From Camelus ferus (taxonomy: Eukaryota): a stretch of 64,000 bases of DNA. Positions 11,959-24,723 of the stretch are shown here, piece by piece. How positions within the stretch are numbered: the stretch's first letter is position 1; each line of letters starts with the position of its first letter. The position numbers and the translations under genes were made by a program. The stretch lies in NCBI RefSeq assembly GCF_009834535.1, contig NC_045697.1, forward strand, positions 117,244,001 to 117,308,000. The letters run 5' to 3'. The notes beneath the pieces were generated by a model, which had not been told where the DNA came from, did not search any database, and saw only the letters and a list, made by a program, of their open reading frames with translations.

Positions 11959-12451
11959 TTTTATCTTTCTTTCTCTTTTTCCTTCAGAGTGATAAACTAT
12001 ATTTGACATCTGTCTGTACTTACAACTTAAAAAACTCAGATTTGACTTTAGTTCCAATTGTCTAAAACCACGTATCTAGATCTTGCTGTATCTGAACGTG
12101 TTTAGACGTTTTGAAGGGAATTAAAGACAATTGAAAGGAAAGCTGTTTAGCTTGAGATCGCCTGAAAAAAATGTAAGGGACATCTCAGTATTTCTATAGA
12201 AGATAAAGAAATTTCCATTTCTAAGAGGAAGAAAAGAATCAGAAGAAAGAGGATTTCCAAGGGAATAATTGGGTTCAAAAATAACAAATGAATGAGAAGA
12301 ATGTTCCCTGAGAATGAAATCCTGTCTATGAAGGAGTATTTGTTAGTGACCAAAACCAGGCAACATCCTCTAGAGAGGTCACGTTGCCAGAAGTCAGGCT
12401 TTCTCAGATTTGCCTCCAGGCGTAAGTGTTTTCTTCTTGTGTGACTTTGTA

Positions 12452-12871
12452 CCCGTGTCCCCCACTATCCAAAAGTAAAACATTTCTATGAAACCTTTTG
12501 TGAACCAAAACGGTGTCAAGCAAAGTAGCGGTCACCTTCGAACACATCTCGCTAACAGATACACGACGTCAACGGAGGTAAAGCTTAGGTGGCTTTGCTG
12601 ATGCTCAGATGCTGAGTGTGGTTCTCGGGGACGGGGCTTGGCGGGGGGGGGGGGGGCCCTTCACAGCTGGGGGTGCACGCTGCCTCTGTGACGGCTTGGC
12701 TGGCCACAAAACAAACGCTGTCTCTCCACTTCTCACCTTGTTGTTTGTTTTTGTTTTTTAAATTGAAAATCTTCTTTGGATTTCTTTCCATTAGCAAAAC
12801 AGGTATTAATGTAGGATTTTCATGAAGGCAAGGTGATGTAAAGCAGACTTTGGAAAAGTGAAGGACACCTT
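12452..12871 (+). mobile_element. MER82-like TcMar-Tigger DNA transposon, internally deleted
   Basis: Imperfect TIRs (GTGTCCCCCACTATCCAAAAGT / ACTTTGGAAAAGTGAAGGACAC), TA on both sides, internal GATGCTGAGTGTGGTTCTCGGGGA and CAAAACAAACGCTG motifs. Confidence 0.85.
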
Positions 12872-12907
12872 TATTTAGAAATACCAGGTGGTTTAATATG
12901 AGGTTAT

Positions 12908-13229
12908 AGCCATAAAAAAGAATAAAATAATGCCATTTGCAGCAACATGGATGGACCTGGAGACTGTCATTCTAAGTGAGGTAAGTCGGAAAGAGAAAGA
13001 AAAACAGGATATCACTCATATGTGGAATCTTAAAAAAAAAGGGGGGGGGAAGAGGACACTAATGAACTCATCTACAGTAGAAACAGACTCACAGACATGG
13101 TAAACAATCTTATGGTTACCAGAGAAAGAGGATGGGAAGGGATACATTTGGGAGTCTGAGATTTGCCAATGTTAACCACTGTATATAAAAATAGATTTAA
13201 AAAAACAAATTTCTTCTGTATTAAAAAAA
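12908..13229 (+). mobile_element. L1 fragment (ORF2 end plus partial 3'UTR)
   Basis: GCCATAAAAAAGAATAAAATAATGCCATTTGCAGCAACATGGATGGACCTGGAG. Flanks AATATGAGGTT / AAAAAGAGGTT. Confidence 0.92.
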
Positions 13230-13939
13230 GAGGTTCGAACTAATGAGAGTGTGGGGTGGGGGGACAGGGAGAAACCCCACACCCTTCTTACTCTGCTAGC
13301 TCAGTTTCCAGCTGCATGACCTATGGATCCCAATACCTATGCCTGATCCACCCTGGGGTTCATATGGCTGCTCAGAGACTGAAAATAAGAAGGGAGGAGA
13401 GAGGCAGTCGAGCAAATGACTGAAATCTGTTCACCATCCCAATTACTTTGATTGGAAAACGGGGAACTTCCAGCTGAAGCTGCCCCTACAGAGCCTCACT
13501 CCCCTCCCAACTCACCTGAAGGGCTCTTACTTCCCACAATCAGGTTAGCCTGTCTCCAGACAGTTAGTCCAGAAAGTCAGTGAGAAATTAATGGAATCTA
13601 GAGAAGGCACTTTATTGTCCTGCTGTGTTCCAGGTGAGGAAATTTGAGCTCTACATAGCATATACGACCAGTAGAAAGCTACACAGCTTGTGATTGGCCA
13701 AATTTATACTAGGTCATTGCATTTTTGTTAAGTATGTTCGCACCTTTATACCTTTGTTTTTTTTTTTAAATGTGTTTGTGTAAAGATTCATTTACAACTT
13801 CACAGAAAATAAAACCTAAAAATACTGTGCTATTAGAAAAAATCAAGTCCTTTCTTTAAATTAAAAACCAAAATCAAAACAATCTCTTAGAATGCAATTA
13901 ACCTTATAAACTGTCTTCTCATAACTTAAGTTTCTTGAA

Positions 13940-14032
13940 ATATATGTATGTATCTGCATGACTGGGACATTGTGCTGTACACCAGAAATTGACACATTGT
14001 AGCTGACTGTACTTCAATTAAAAAAAAAACAA
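13940..14032 (+). mobile_element. L1 3' tip with poly(A)
   Basis: GCTGTACACCAGAAATTGACACATTGTAGCTGACTGTACTTCAATTAAAA. Decayed TSD AACTTAAGTTTCTT / AACCTCAGGTTTCTT. Confidence 0.88.
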
Positions 14033-14859
14033 AACCTCAGGTTTCTTTTAATAGAGTTGCTATGTCCAAAGTCTTTGATTGGCAAGTATATCTATTAATT
14101 ATTCCTACAGAATATTTTAAGAAGTCCATGTAAACATACTGAATTTATACTTGCTAATTACCCTGTTCTTATGAAATATCTTTTTCTATCCTTTCAAATG
14201 ACAGTGTTACTAATAATCTAGTTTTTTTTTAGATATGTTGCTTTTTATTCAAGATACATTATTGGTTGGTGCATGTAAAGATAGGTTTAAGCATATCTAA
14301 ATAATATTTGTATAGATTTGTATATATGGTTCAATATCTGCATCTGTGTATTGGGTTTTGTACTTTAAGTGTGACAAATAAATCTTTTGGGAGGAAAAAA
14401 ATATACCTTTGCTTTTAAAATGTGTGTAGAAGGTTCTCACTTCCTTGTTATCATCCCCGTATTTATTTTGTCTCTCGATTTCAGCCTTATGTATTTATTC
14501 ATGACAAACCCTTTCCTGGGGCTTTCAGCACGGTTGGAAAATAATGAGAAATCAGGTCTATAATTAATCAGATTTTCTCTTTACTTATTGAAAAACAGAA
14601 ACTTTAATGGGACGTGGTTCTATTGGTGAAGCTCTCGAGTGTTCGACTGCTTATGATTCAGCACATCAAACTGAAACAGAGGGTTATGAAGGTCAGAGGC
14701 AGTTTGTAAAAGTGCTTTGAACTTCCTTATGTACATTTTCACACATTTGTGTCTTTATGCTAATTGGTTCTTGATAGCTTTTATTTATGTTAGTAAGCGC
14801 CACCTGGATACATGGACTGGCAAAATGTCTACGCTGAATTGTGAAATGTGGCCGAGAAT

Positions 14860-15070
14860 ATAGGTTCTAGAGACCTCTAACAGCTCCAAGTGGGTTGGAG
14901 ATCTTGAGTGGGTTGATTTCACCTCTTAGTTTTTGCTTTTGAAAAATGGGAAAAGGGCACCTCCCTTATTGGGCTGCTGTTAAGTGTTAAAAATCTCCAC
15001 ATGCACACGAAGCACTTAGAATAGGGGCAGCAGGCCCAGTGAGCCCTACAAGGCTGTTTGCTGTTGGTAT
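14860..15070 (+). mobile_element. MIR SINE
   Basis: MIR core-like text (...GAAAAATGGG...GGGCTGCTGT...AGCACTTAGAATAG). Confidence 0.65.
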
Positions 15071-15739
15071 TATCAGCACCGTTACTAAGTGTTCAGACTT
15101 TGAGACTGATGTTCCAGGTTTATTGCAGGTTACGTTTTCCACGCCACGTTGTTTCTCTCTCAGTGTTAATGTATATTCTTTTGCTATATATTACTTGTAT
15201 TATAAGTAATTTTATAACCTCTGGGAATAGGGCAGATTATACACTTAAAATGAAATAAATTTCCTAAAAACAAAAACACAGAAAATAGGGGGCACAGAGA
15301 TTAACACGGCACCCCACACGTGCAGAAATAACAAAGCTCAACTGGCAAGATGGCCTTGGTCTAAAACATATCAAGGCATATGTCATACAACCAACAATAA
15401 TAATATCATCTAAACTAGCGTAAGTCAGCACTAACATACAGGAGCCTTTTTAAAATTTTAGTTCTTCCCTGGAAATTCAGGACTTTGCATCAAGGGCAAA
15501 CAAAATGCCTTACATCATTGCACTTAAACAAGACAGATGTCCACAGTGAAATGAGCAACTTGCTTTAAGCTCAGAGGGAAAAAAAAAGTACAATTCTTAA
15601 ATTTGACCATTGTCTCTATTTTATTGTATTTTTTAGTTTACTTTAATTGTTGGTTTTAGTGTGTACTTAAATACAGTGCAAGTAATGGGCCCAGTTTGCA
15701 TGCATTTTAAAAACAACCTTAAATATGTGAATTAAGATG

Positions 15740-18700
15740 TGATAAAACTACAAGGAAAAATTGACACTTTTTATTGCACAGAAGATTCTAACAATTGTTT
15801 TAGTAAATAAGTCAAGCAGACAAAAAATTGGACTAAAAATTGTATACAACTTGATAAACATAATGAGCTTAATTTATTAGACATAACTCAATACATATTT
15901 TACATATAATATATAATTTTCTTCAGCACAAACAAAATATGCTTTTCAAAGTTACATGAACTCAGATACAGGACAAATTCTAAGGAATTAGTATAACAGA
16001 ACCATGGACTTGGATCACAATGAAATTAATGATATTAAGTTCCGTGGAAGTAACAATGACAACCACAAAGCCAAAATTCCAACGTGTGTAACACTATAAA
16101 AATTGCAATAATATATGAGTCTAATAAGAAGTGATAGGAAAATTAAAAATGATTCATAACTAACAATAATGATGAATACACAACATATCAAGTATTTTAT
16201 GATTTGGATAGGTGAACGATTGAAGGAAATATGTAACCTTAAACATCAGCAGAGAACAAACGCTGAGATTACATTGAGGCAAACACTTAATACGAAGCCA
16301 AGAAAAGTAGAATGGAGGTAATGACTATAAAGGCAGAAAAATTAATAAAATAGAAAGCAAAAAACAAGTGGAAATTATAAGCTGGGACAAAAAATTAGTT
16401 TTTTGTTTAGTAAATTTTTAAAATTCTAACAAGAATCATCAAACATCAAGAATTCATATGTGAACAACAGTATAAGTTAAAATTGGGATAGAACTAAACA
16501 ATGGAAAAATACAAAAACAATAATGGAATGCTATAAAATACTTTGTCACAATAATTTTTAAATGTAAATGTATAACTAGACAAATATCATTGTTAAATGA
16601 GTCCCCCCAAAATATCTAGAAAACATAGATATCCCTTAATCAGGCAAAAGAGGAACAACAATTTAAAATTTTTAGAAAAGGTAAAACGGGTATCAGTCAT
16701 CCTCTCAAGGAAGCCATCTTTCCAAGTTTTTAGAAACCTTCCTGGAAACTGTAAGCTTTCAGTCAATGTTTTTTTCAGTAGGCTAGTTTTATCCCGGTCC
16801 TCAACAGGAAAAAATCAAGATGAAAAGTTAAAAATATAGGACAATTTTACTTAGGAACACAGATGAAAAATCACGAAGAAAATACTAGCATCCTGTATCT
16901 AGAAATGTATTAAAATGCACCACGAATGTAATGAAATTATTAGAAGGCTGTGAGGCTGGGTTAACAATAGAGAACATCTTAATGTATTGTGCTAGACAGT
17001 ATTCTTTTTCCTGTCCATCCATTGCCTTTACTTGGGTGACAGTTATACTTCCCTGCCCCAGTGTGTCAGCCTGAGACAGGCAGTTTGCTTTCAGTGATGA
17101 AATCTAAGTTCAGTGCCAGGCAGAAACTTCAAGCGGCAGCATAAGCTTCCTCATGATTACCCTTCTTTCCTTCCTTAATAAAAGAGAAGCTGTTCCATCA
17201 GCATAGATCTTGGATTGAAGACAACCTGGACTCAGGCTGCAGGCAATCTGTGATGGGCACTTAGCATGAAAAAGAAATGAGCCTCTGTGGTTTTAAGCTA
17301 CTGAGCTTTGGGGGCTGTTAGTTACCGCAGCTCATCCTGACAGATTTAGTATTTTATCACATTAAGAACTTAAAGGTAAAAATTTAAATAAATCATCCAT
17401 TGTTCTGTAAAATCTTGCAATAAAATTCAACACCTATTAATGACAAAAAAAAAGTAAAGTAAAATGAAAGAAAGTATCCTTACCCCAACAAGGAAAGCCT
17501 ACAATAAACAACAGAGAAGAATGGTAAAATGTTAGAAACATTCTATTTAACGTCAGGAATAAGAAAAGCATGCTTATTATGTAAATATATAAATAATATA
17601 TATAATTATATTCAAATATATTACTTCTTGTATTGAAGTTCCTAGTCATCACAAAAAGTCAAAGGACCAAAAACAAAATAAGTACTGGAAAAGAAGAAAA
17701 ATAAATCTCATTACTCACAGAGATTTGCTTACTTACATAAAAACTCCTAAATAATCTATAACGTATCAGAATTAATATAAGAGTTTAAAATGAGACAAGC
17801 TATATCAAAACTGATTGTATTTTTATAGACAAGCAGCAAAGAGAAAATCTTTCAATGAAATATACCATGTAAATAGCAGAACGTGAAATCATCTAGGAAC
17901 AATGTTTAAGAAATGATAGAAGATATTTGTAAAGATTGCTATAGAACTATGCTGAAGACCATTTTGAAAGACCTAAACCAGAGAGAAACATAGCATGTTG
18001 CTGACTATCACAAATAGGCCATTTTATTTCAAATTGATAAATACATAAAAATGTGATTCTGGTTAGAAGTCTAACGTTATTTGTATGGGATTTGATAAGA
18101 CTGATCTAAAATTTATATGGCAAAGTAAAGGGCTCAGACTATACAAAATATTCCTGGAGAATGACATGCAGTGGAGACTTGCCTACTAGATATGAATGCA
18201 CAAGTAAATGCTACAGTAATTTAGAGTATATGCTGGTGACATAAGGGTAAAAAAGAGATAAACTGAACAGAGACATGAGCATTGAAACGTTTCTGCATGT
18301 CTATGAACTACAGAGATGGCACTGCAGTTCACTGAGAAGAGTTTTCTTTAAATAGTGCCCTGATCACTGATTATACTTATCCAACATAAACCAACAAAAT
18401 GGATAAACAAAATTTAATTTCAGGCAAATTAAACCCTTACGAATGAAAAAAGAGAAACATTGAGGAATTTTGTTTAGTGATGTACTCAAGGACTGAGAAA
18501 AGACCTGGCACGTGGTAGGTGCTCAATAAGTGATTTGAATAAATATGTGATTATATGAAATCAGAGTAATGAGTGATTCCATGGGACATTTGTGTCTATA
18601 ATAAACCATAAAGGAAATAATTAATACATTTTGCTAAGTTAAAGTAAAAATTTATGTTTATCAAAGGACACCATTAAAAAATACCAAAGCATAAGCTCCA

Positions 18701-18900
18701 AATTGGGAGAGCATATTTGCATCAAATATACATTAAAATATTAGTGTCTAGAATATATAAAGAACACTTACAAATCAGTAAGAAAATGACAGACAACTCA
18801 TTTAAAAAAATTTTTAAAAGACATGAACAGTCATCTGGTGAAGAGATAATAGAAATCATTAGTAAACATATGAACAGCAGGAAGACTGCTCTATTAGTAA
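15740..18900 (+). mobile_element. Old degenerate L1M ORF2 region
   Basis: A-rich sequence with ORF2-like remnants, e.g. ORF 18717 ILVSRIYKEHLQISKK and CTAAAATTTATATGG. Interrupted by an MLT1 LTR and an L2 tip (about 18495-18545). Confidence 0.8.
16988..17345 (+). mobile_element. Old MaLR LTR (MLT1I/J/K-like)
   Basis: 3' end GCATGAAAAGAAATGAGCCTCTGTGGTTTTAAGCTACTGAGCTTTGGGGGCTGTTAGTTACCGCAGC is typical of old MLT1. Confidence 0.8.
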
Positions 18901-20138
18901 TATTTTTCTAAGCTAGAGATGGAAACATGGGTGTTTAACTTGTTAATCAGTATATTTATCTCATAAATAGACAGCTACATGTATATAGATATATAACCTT
19001 TTGAAGTCTGAGACATCATAAAGAAAAAGATAGTAAAATTAATAAGAAGCAATGTCCGGATAGGAACTCTTTTAAAAAGATACTCTTTGTAAGCTAATAA
19101 TAGTAACATTAAAAATAATGATTGTTAGAATTTATTGAGTGCTTTTTATTTAGCCAGCACTGACTTGATAATTTGACATATAGTTTACATAATTTTACAT
19201 AATACTTGTACATATGTTGAATAGAAAATTTCCCCTGTCTCATAGAATGAGATTTTAGTAGAGAGATTCCATCAAACCATAAACATAATTTGAAGATTAA
19301 GAAATATACCTTGCTCCAACTTTTGGACTCAAGACAGAGAAACACTAATAAAAATGGACGGTGGCTGATCTTACCTGGGTGGATTTCAAAGACGCTTCTC
19401 TACACGTATTATTGAGTGTGTATGAGGTATCCATCCACCGGCACGTTCATGACCAGGATGGATCACTGTGGTCATGCTTCTGCAAAGGGAACTTCATTAC
19501 GCCCTCTGCCTGACTCCTTGGTGGTTCATCCTTCATTCCTTAGGAATAAAATGAGTTCTCTGAATTCTGTATAGTGGAAGAACTCATCATGATCATTCAT
19601 TCATAGACTTGATATTGAACGGCTGCAAAGGACCAGAACCTGCTCAACAACCTAACAAGCTCTCCAGGAGCTTGCACTGAGCTACACTGAGCAATTCTTT
19701 ATTCTTTACCTGCTACCAAGACATCATTCTCTGGCCAGTATTTCTTTCTGTAATGAATTTTGTTGGGGCCAATGTCAGACACTGGGCAAACATTTCAAGA
19801 AGCAAAACTGCAGGGACAAAATAATTATGTCCAAAGATCAGCTTTACTCCAGCTCCTCTGCCTGAACAGAGCTTGGGGAACCCAGTGCTTTTTCACCTCC
19901 AAGGCTCTGGAAATCCACTCGGGGCTCTTTCCTGGGCCATCCTCCAGTAAACAGTTGTTCCATCGACCGCTCCCTAGTCCTCCTGGAGAAACTTTCTCTT
20001 GTGTCACACACCCATGTCTTTTGTCTAAATCACATTGCAGTCTTGATTATCAATTTTTGTTGTTGTTGTTTTCACTTAATTTTTTCACTGCCGAATACTG
20101 TATGGCATATAATATTGACAGTTACAATGATCCTAGTA

Positions 20139-20652
20139 TGTTACTGAATCCGAACTCACTCTGCTCATTGCAGGACAGGCCAATAAATCAGGAGACAAGA
20201 TGTTGGGACAAGGAATAACAACTTTATTTGGAAAGCCAGCAGACCTAGAAGATGGGGGACTAATGTTTTGGAGAACCATCTTCCCCAAGTCAGAATTCAG
20301 GCTCCTTTTATACTAAAAGTGGAGGGAGTGTAGTTGGCTGTTGCAAACTTCTTGGTGTCAGAATCCTTTGTTCTTACAGCTGTCCACATGGGCCAGGTCA
20401 TGGTGTCCCTGTAAGTCTCCAACAAGACAAATGTTGTGTTCTGCAACTTTTTATCTCTATATGAATAGGAAAGTGTTAAACCCTTAAAGGTCAGAGCCTT
20501 GAGGATGGGCTCTCCTGTCTATTTCAGGCTCTAGGCAACATTCTTTTACAAAAGGCGCAGAACCAGCATGACTGAGCCCAGGAAACAGAGCCCAGGGTTA
20601 GAGCCAAAGGAATATATCTAATATGGAATCAAGTTTGTTCTTCCCTATGACA
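20139..20652 (-). mobile_element. Solo LTR, ERV1-like family A, copy 2
   Basis: TGTTACTG...TATGACA, co-linear with 7353-7870. Flanks AGTA/ATCA give no clean TSD. Confidence 0.92.
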
Positions 20653-23429
20653 ATCAGGGAGCAGATCGGGCAGCAGGGTGACTGACAGCCATGTGTGCAT
20701 GCCATGATCTGTTGCTAGGTAGGCTGAGTTCATACTCCCTGCCTACGTGCCCCCTTACATCTCCTCTGAGCTGGTGTCACCATTTCTGGGGCCCTGCAAA
20801 CTAGACATACTGAACAGTTTATCTGTGCTCTGCATTTTGTACAACAGATGGCCGGCGGGTGGTTTTTACATATGAGAAGTAAGTGGAAGTGGCATGCTGA
20901 ATGCTCTATAAATACACAGCATGCTAAGCACCCTTTTGCCAAGCACTTTTTATTCTAATATGGATGTAGATCCTGTGACAGGTCTGCTGCTATGAATGCA
21001 GATGAACGGCATGATTATCTTCACGGTAAAAATAGGATGATTAGGACAAGGGCTCATGCCTGGTCTTTCATCTTCCACACTAGGCTGCCTCTGTGTCCTT
21101 GGCTAGAGGCGTGGGACGCTTGTTGGGTGAAGAGGCACAAAGCTCACAAGGTCGTTTTGTGAATTTCTCCAACTGGACGGATCAGAAGCATAGGAGTAAA
21201 TGTCAGCTGTCATTCTCACGTGTTGACAGACATCGATGACAATCTGCTGGAGTGACTCAGTGGTCTCAGTCGACATCTAAACTTCCCAGAATGATTGCAG
21301 ACTTTCCTGGGAAAGGCTGTGGTGGGAGGGCACTCAAAAGGTCAGAAATGCAGACAGTAAGTTATAACCATCAATGCTTCCTTGAAATAAGATCTGTGTT
21401 TGGTCTCTTGGGGAATTCGTTGAATTGATTTAAGGCTTACACCAACCTTCTCCCCTCCAATAATTATTTGCTTGTTACTAATTCTGATAACGGTGACAGA
21501 TGTTGAGAAAACCTCTTATAAGCGTGGGGCCCCAGCATTTTCCACACGCATGCACTATTTTTAAGACAGAACTTATATTTAGAAGTGCTTCTTAGGCAGA
21601 GTTTAACGCTCAAGCTGTAGGCAACGTTCACACATACGGATAGATCTCAGCATGAGTGTTTTTGAGTGTGGGTGTGTTCTCTGCATCCTTAATGGGTTGT
21701 CTAGTCCAATTCTATGATGTAAAATTGCAAGCTAATAAATAAGAAATGAAAATGACTCAGCTGAGGGCAATAGTGATCACATTTGTAAAGAAAGCAAATT
21801 CTTTTGAAATAATGTGATCTTGTAAGGTTGATTTGAAGGCTATAGCGAACTGTTACAGCTAATCGTGTCGATCTGTGATTTAGCTGATGAGGAAATCTGC
21901 CACTAGTTATTCTTTTAATAGAATAAATTACAAATTAATATTTTGGAGGGAGAAAAGAAAACACAACAGATGCAAGAGATACTGGGATTATTCTTCATTG
22001 ATTTTATTTTCATCCACAAAGCTCATCTTCATTTTGTGTATTTTCTTGCTGATGTAAACTGTAGTCAATGGAAGAAAATTTATCAGTGAATGATTCTCAT
22101 AAATAGCGTGTAAGAAAATCAAGATTTGCTGCATTAATGATGTGTCAGAGTAAGGAGCAATTGTCAGGAGCCTTCATAGGCCAAGAAGATGGTCCACACC
22201 TGCTGAGAACTGGGGACATGTGCATAGAGCTTTCCATAAGGCATGTGCACATGGGGAAAAGGTGAGCATTAGAGCCTCCTGTACCGGAGCAAAGAAAAAG
22301 CGAGCCTTTGGGGTTAGGATAGCTATATCTGACAGTGTTTCTATTTATTTTAGGCACCTCTGCTGGAGCCTAATCAAGTCTCCTGCCCTACCCCGTGTTC
22401 CCTACCCCCAGGACATTTGCACACCCTTCTCTTTCTGCCCCCAGTACTCTTCTCTGCCTGCACCAATTGACTCATCTCAGAGACTCCACCAGGCACTGTC
22501 CCTGCAGATCGTTGTAGTCTCACTGCCAACTGCACATTAAAGTCTTTGTACAGAGATCTGTTAAATAAAGAATTACATGCTAATTACTGGGGATCAGAAA
22601 TAATCAAATGAGGATCTCTGTCTTGAGAAACTTACCATATGAGACCCTTGAAATGAGCTCCAGGGAAGACTGCCTTTTCAGGCTGTTGAAGCAATCTTAT
22701 CTCTTAGGCAGAATTTTGGTTTATCAGTTTGATAAAAGCACTTAAAGGGATTCTTCCTGGGCAGGGCAGCCTCCCAGGCATAGAAGAAAGAGCAGTGTCA
22801 GTCTCTTTTCCCAGCCAGTGCCATTACCTCATCTCCGCTGGAAGCTTTTCTGGGGGAAGAGAGAGAATCAGAGCGGCCCCAACGTCCTGAGCAATCTCCC
22901 CATGAGCGGGAGGGACGGCGGTGCAAGGATATGGCTCCTGTCCTGCCCTGCACAAAGCTCGCTTTAGGATGACAGAACCCTTTTATTAGTAACTCAGACC
23001 CCTCCTATTAATTCCCCATGTTTTATAAAATGGAAGTTAAATAAAATTGATCCACGATAAAGAATGAAACATGAGGGGAGAAAAGAACACAATTTTGGAA
23101 TCAAAGTCTACTACCTATTTTTCCAGGAAAAAGAAAAAAAAAATTGTAATGTTAGCACGATTCTGGAGAGAAAAATCCCATTTCTGCGTGTTTGCTGTGA
23201 AGAGGAAAAGATTAAATGGTAATAATAAATAAATTTGAAATAAACATTTCAAAGAAATGGGAATATCAAAACCAGTTTAAATTTTAAAATCCTGTTTTCT
23301 AATATATAAACTGCAGATAATGTTTGATCTATAATATTAATATTTATGTAGTCAATAAATTAAATTATAATGAAAGTGCTTTGATTTTTAAAAAATCACA
23401 AAATGGATTTTTTTTAAAATGTGAGTCAT

Positions 23430-23655
23430 TATTAGCACAGTAACGAAGTGTAGACTTTGGAGTTAGATTCTTATCTTGACTCCAGGCTCTGCCACTTACT
23501 GTGTGATCTTTGGGCAGGGGGTGGTTACTTAATTTCTCTGTGCCTCTGCTTCCTCATCTGTAAAAATGGGAAAATATTAAGTGAGCTAATTCATGAAAAC
23601 TGTTTTGAAGAGTATTTGCACTCATTAAAGGCAAGCTACCACTGTTATTAAAAAT
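23430..23655 (+). mobile_element. MIR SINE
   Basis: GGCTCTGCCACTTACTGTGTGATCTTTGGGCA...TTCCTCATCTGTAAAAATGGG core. Confidence 0.88.
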
Positions 23656-23986
23656 ATGTAAGTAATCACTGTTATTAATAAAATAGTAGTCTGGATAACA
23701 CGGCCTGATTCTTCATTGTATTTCATTCCTTGCCATTCTCAAGATGAGTTAACGGTACCCTGTTTCTTCCTCGGTAATGTTGACACCGCCTGAGCATCTG
23801 TGCCCAGACTCTCCTGATTTTGCTTCACTTTACAGTTCTCAGATGACCCAGTCATGATCTTTCTTCTTCTAGGTCTTTTCTCATCTTAGTTTCCACCCTA
23901 CATGTCCTTTTTCCCCCATCCTTATCCCTCTCTGCCTACCTCCCCCCCCATCCCCCAGGGCTCTTTCTTCACCCTATCTAGCACTA

Positions 23987-24299
23987 CAGTCAGTGCACCA
24001 TGTCTCCGCATCTGCAGATTCATTCAACCACTGATGGAAAATATTCGGAAAAAAACATTTCCAGAAAATTCCATAAAGCAAAACTTGACTTGCTGCACAC
24101 TGTCAACTACAACTATTTTCAGAGCACTTACGTCATATTTGGTATTATAAGTAATCTGGAGATGGTTTAAAGTAAACGGAGGATGTGTGTAGATTACACG
24201 CAAATACTACAGCATTTTATGCAAGGGACTTGTGCATCTGGGGATTTTGGTACCCACAGGGAGTCCGGGAACCAGCTCCCTGCAGATACCAAGGGACTG
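23987..24299 (-). mobile_element. MER2-like Tigger DNA transposon
   Basis: GGTATTATAAGTAATCTGGAGATGGTTTAAAGTA...GATTTTGGTACCCACAGG...GATACCAAGGGACTG matches the reverse of the MER2 consensus. TA immediately 5'. Confidence 0.85.
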
Positions 24300-24511
24300 C
24301 ATATTGAAATCATCTCTTTGTTAAGCTGGCTCTCCCACTAGGTCAGAAAGGGCAGGAATCTGTTTCATTTTTTTAATCTTGTGCTCTCTGAGCCTATCTC
24401 AATAACTTATGTTCAGCAAATGAGAGATAAATTAATAATTAGGATTATCAACTGATATAAATGCACTATTGTTTATTGGAGAGAGATCCTTTCTTCCGTT
24501 GGAGTTTAGAC

Positions 24512-24723
24512 CAGTGGTTCTCAAGCCTGGCTGTGCATTAGCACCTCCAGGGAGCTTTTAAAAAAACAGCGACACTCGGGACCCACCATTCTAATGATCA
24601 GAATCCCTGAGCAGAAGTGCTCAGACATAAATATTTTAGTTTATATATATATATTTTTTCAGACACTAATATTTTTAAAAGGTCCCAGGTGATTTTATTG
24701 AGACACCTTAATTGAGAATGCTG
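24512..24723. mobile_element. MER5-like hAT-Charlie element
   Basis: CAGTGGTTCTCAA...TTGAGAATGCTG terminal inverted repeats. Confidence 0.78.

Noticed and set aside
15290..15720. Possible old DNA-transposon fragment
   Set aside because: I could not find TIRs or assign a family with confidence.
7353..20652. LTR copies 1 and 2 (or 3 and 4) as the paired LTRs of one provirus
   Set aside because: The intervening DNA is ordinary old repeats with no PBS, gag or pol, and copies 1, 3 and 4 have their own TSDs.
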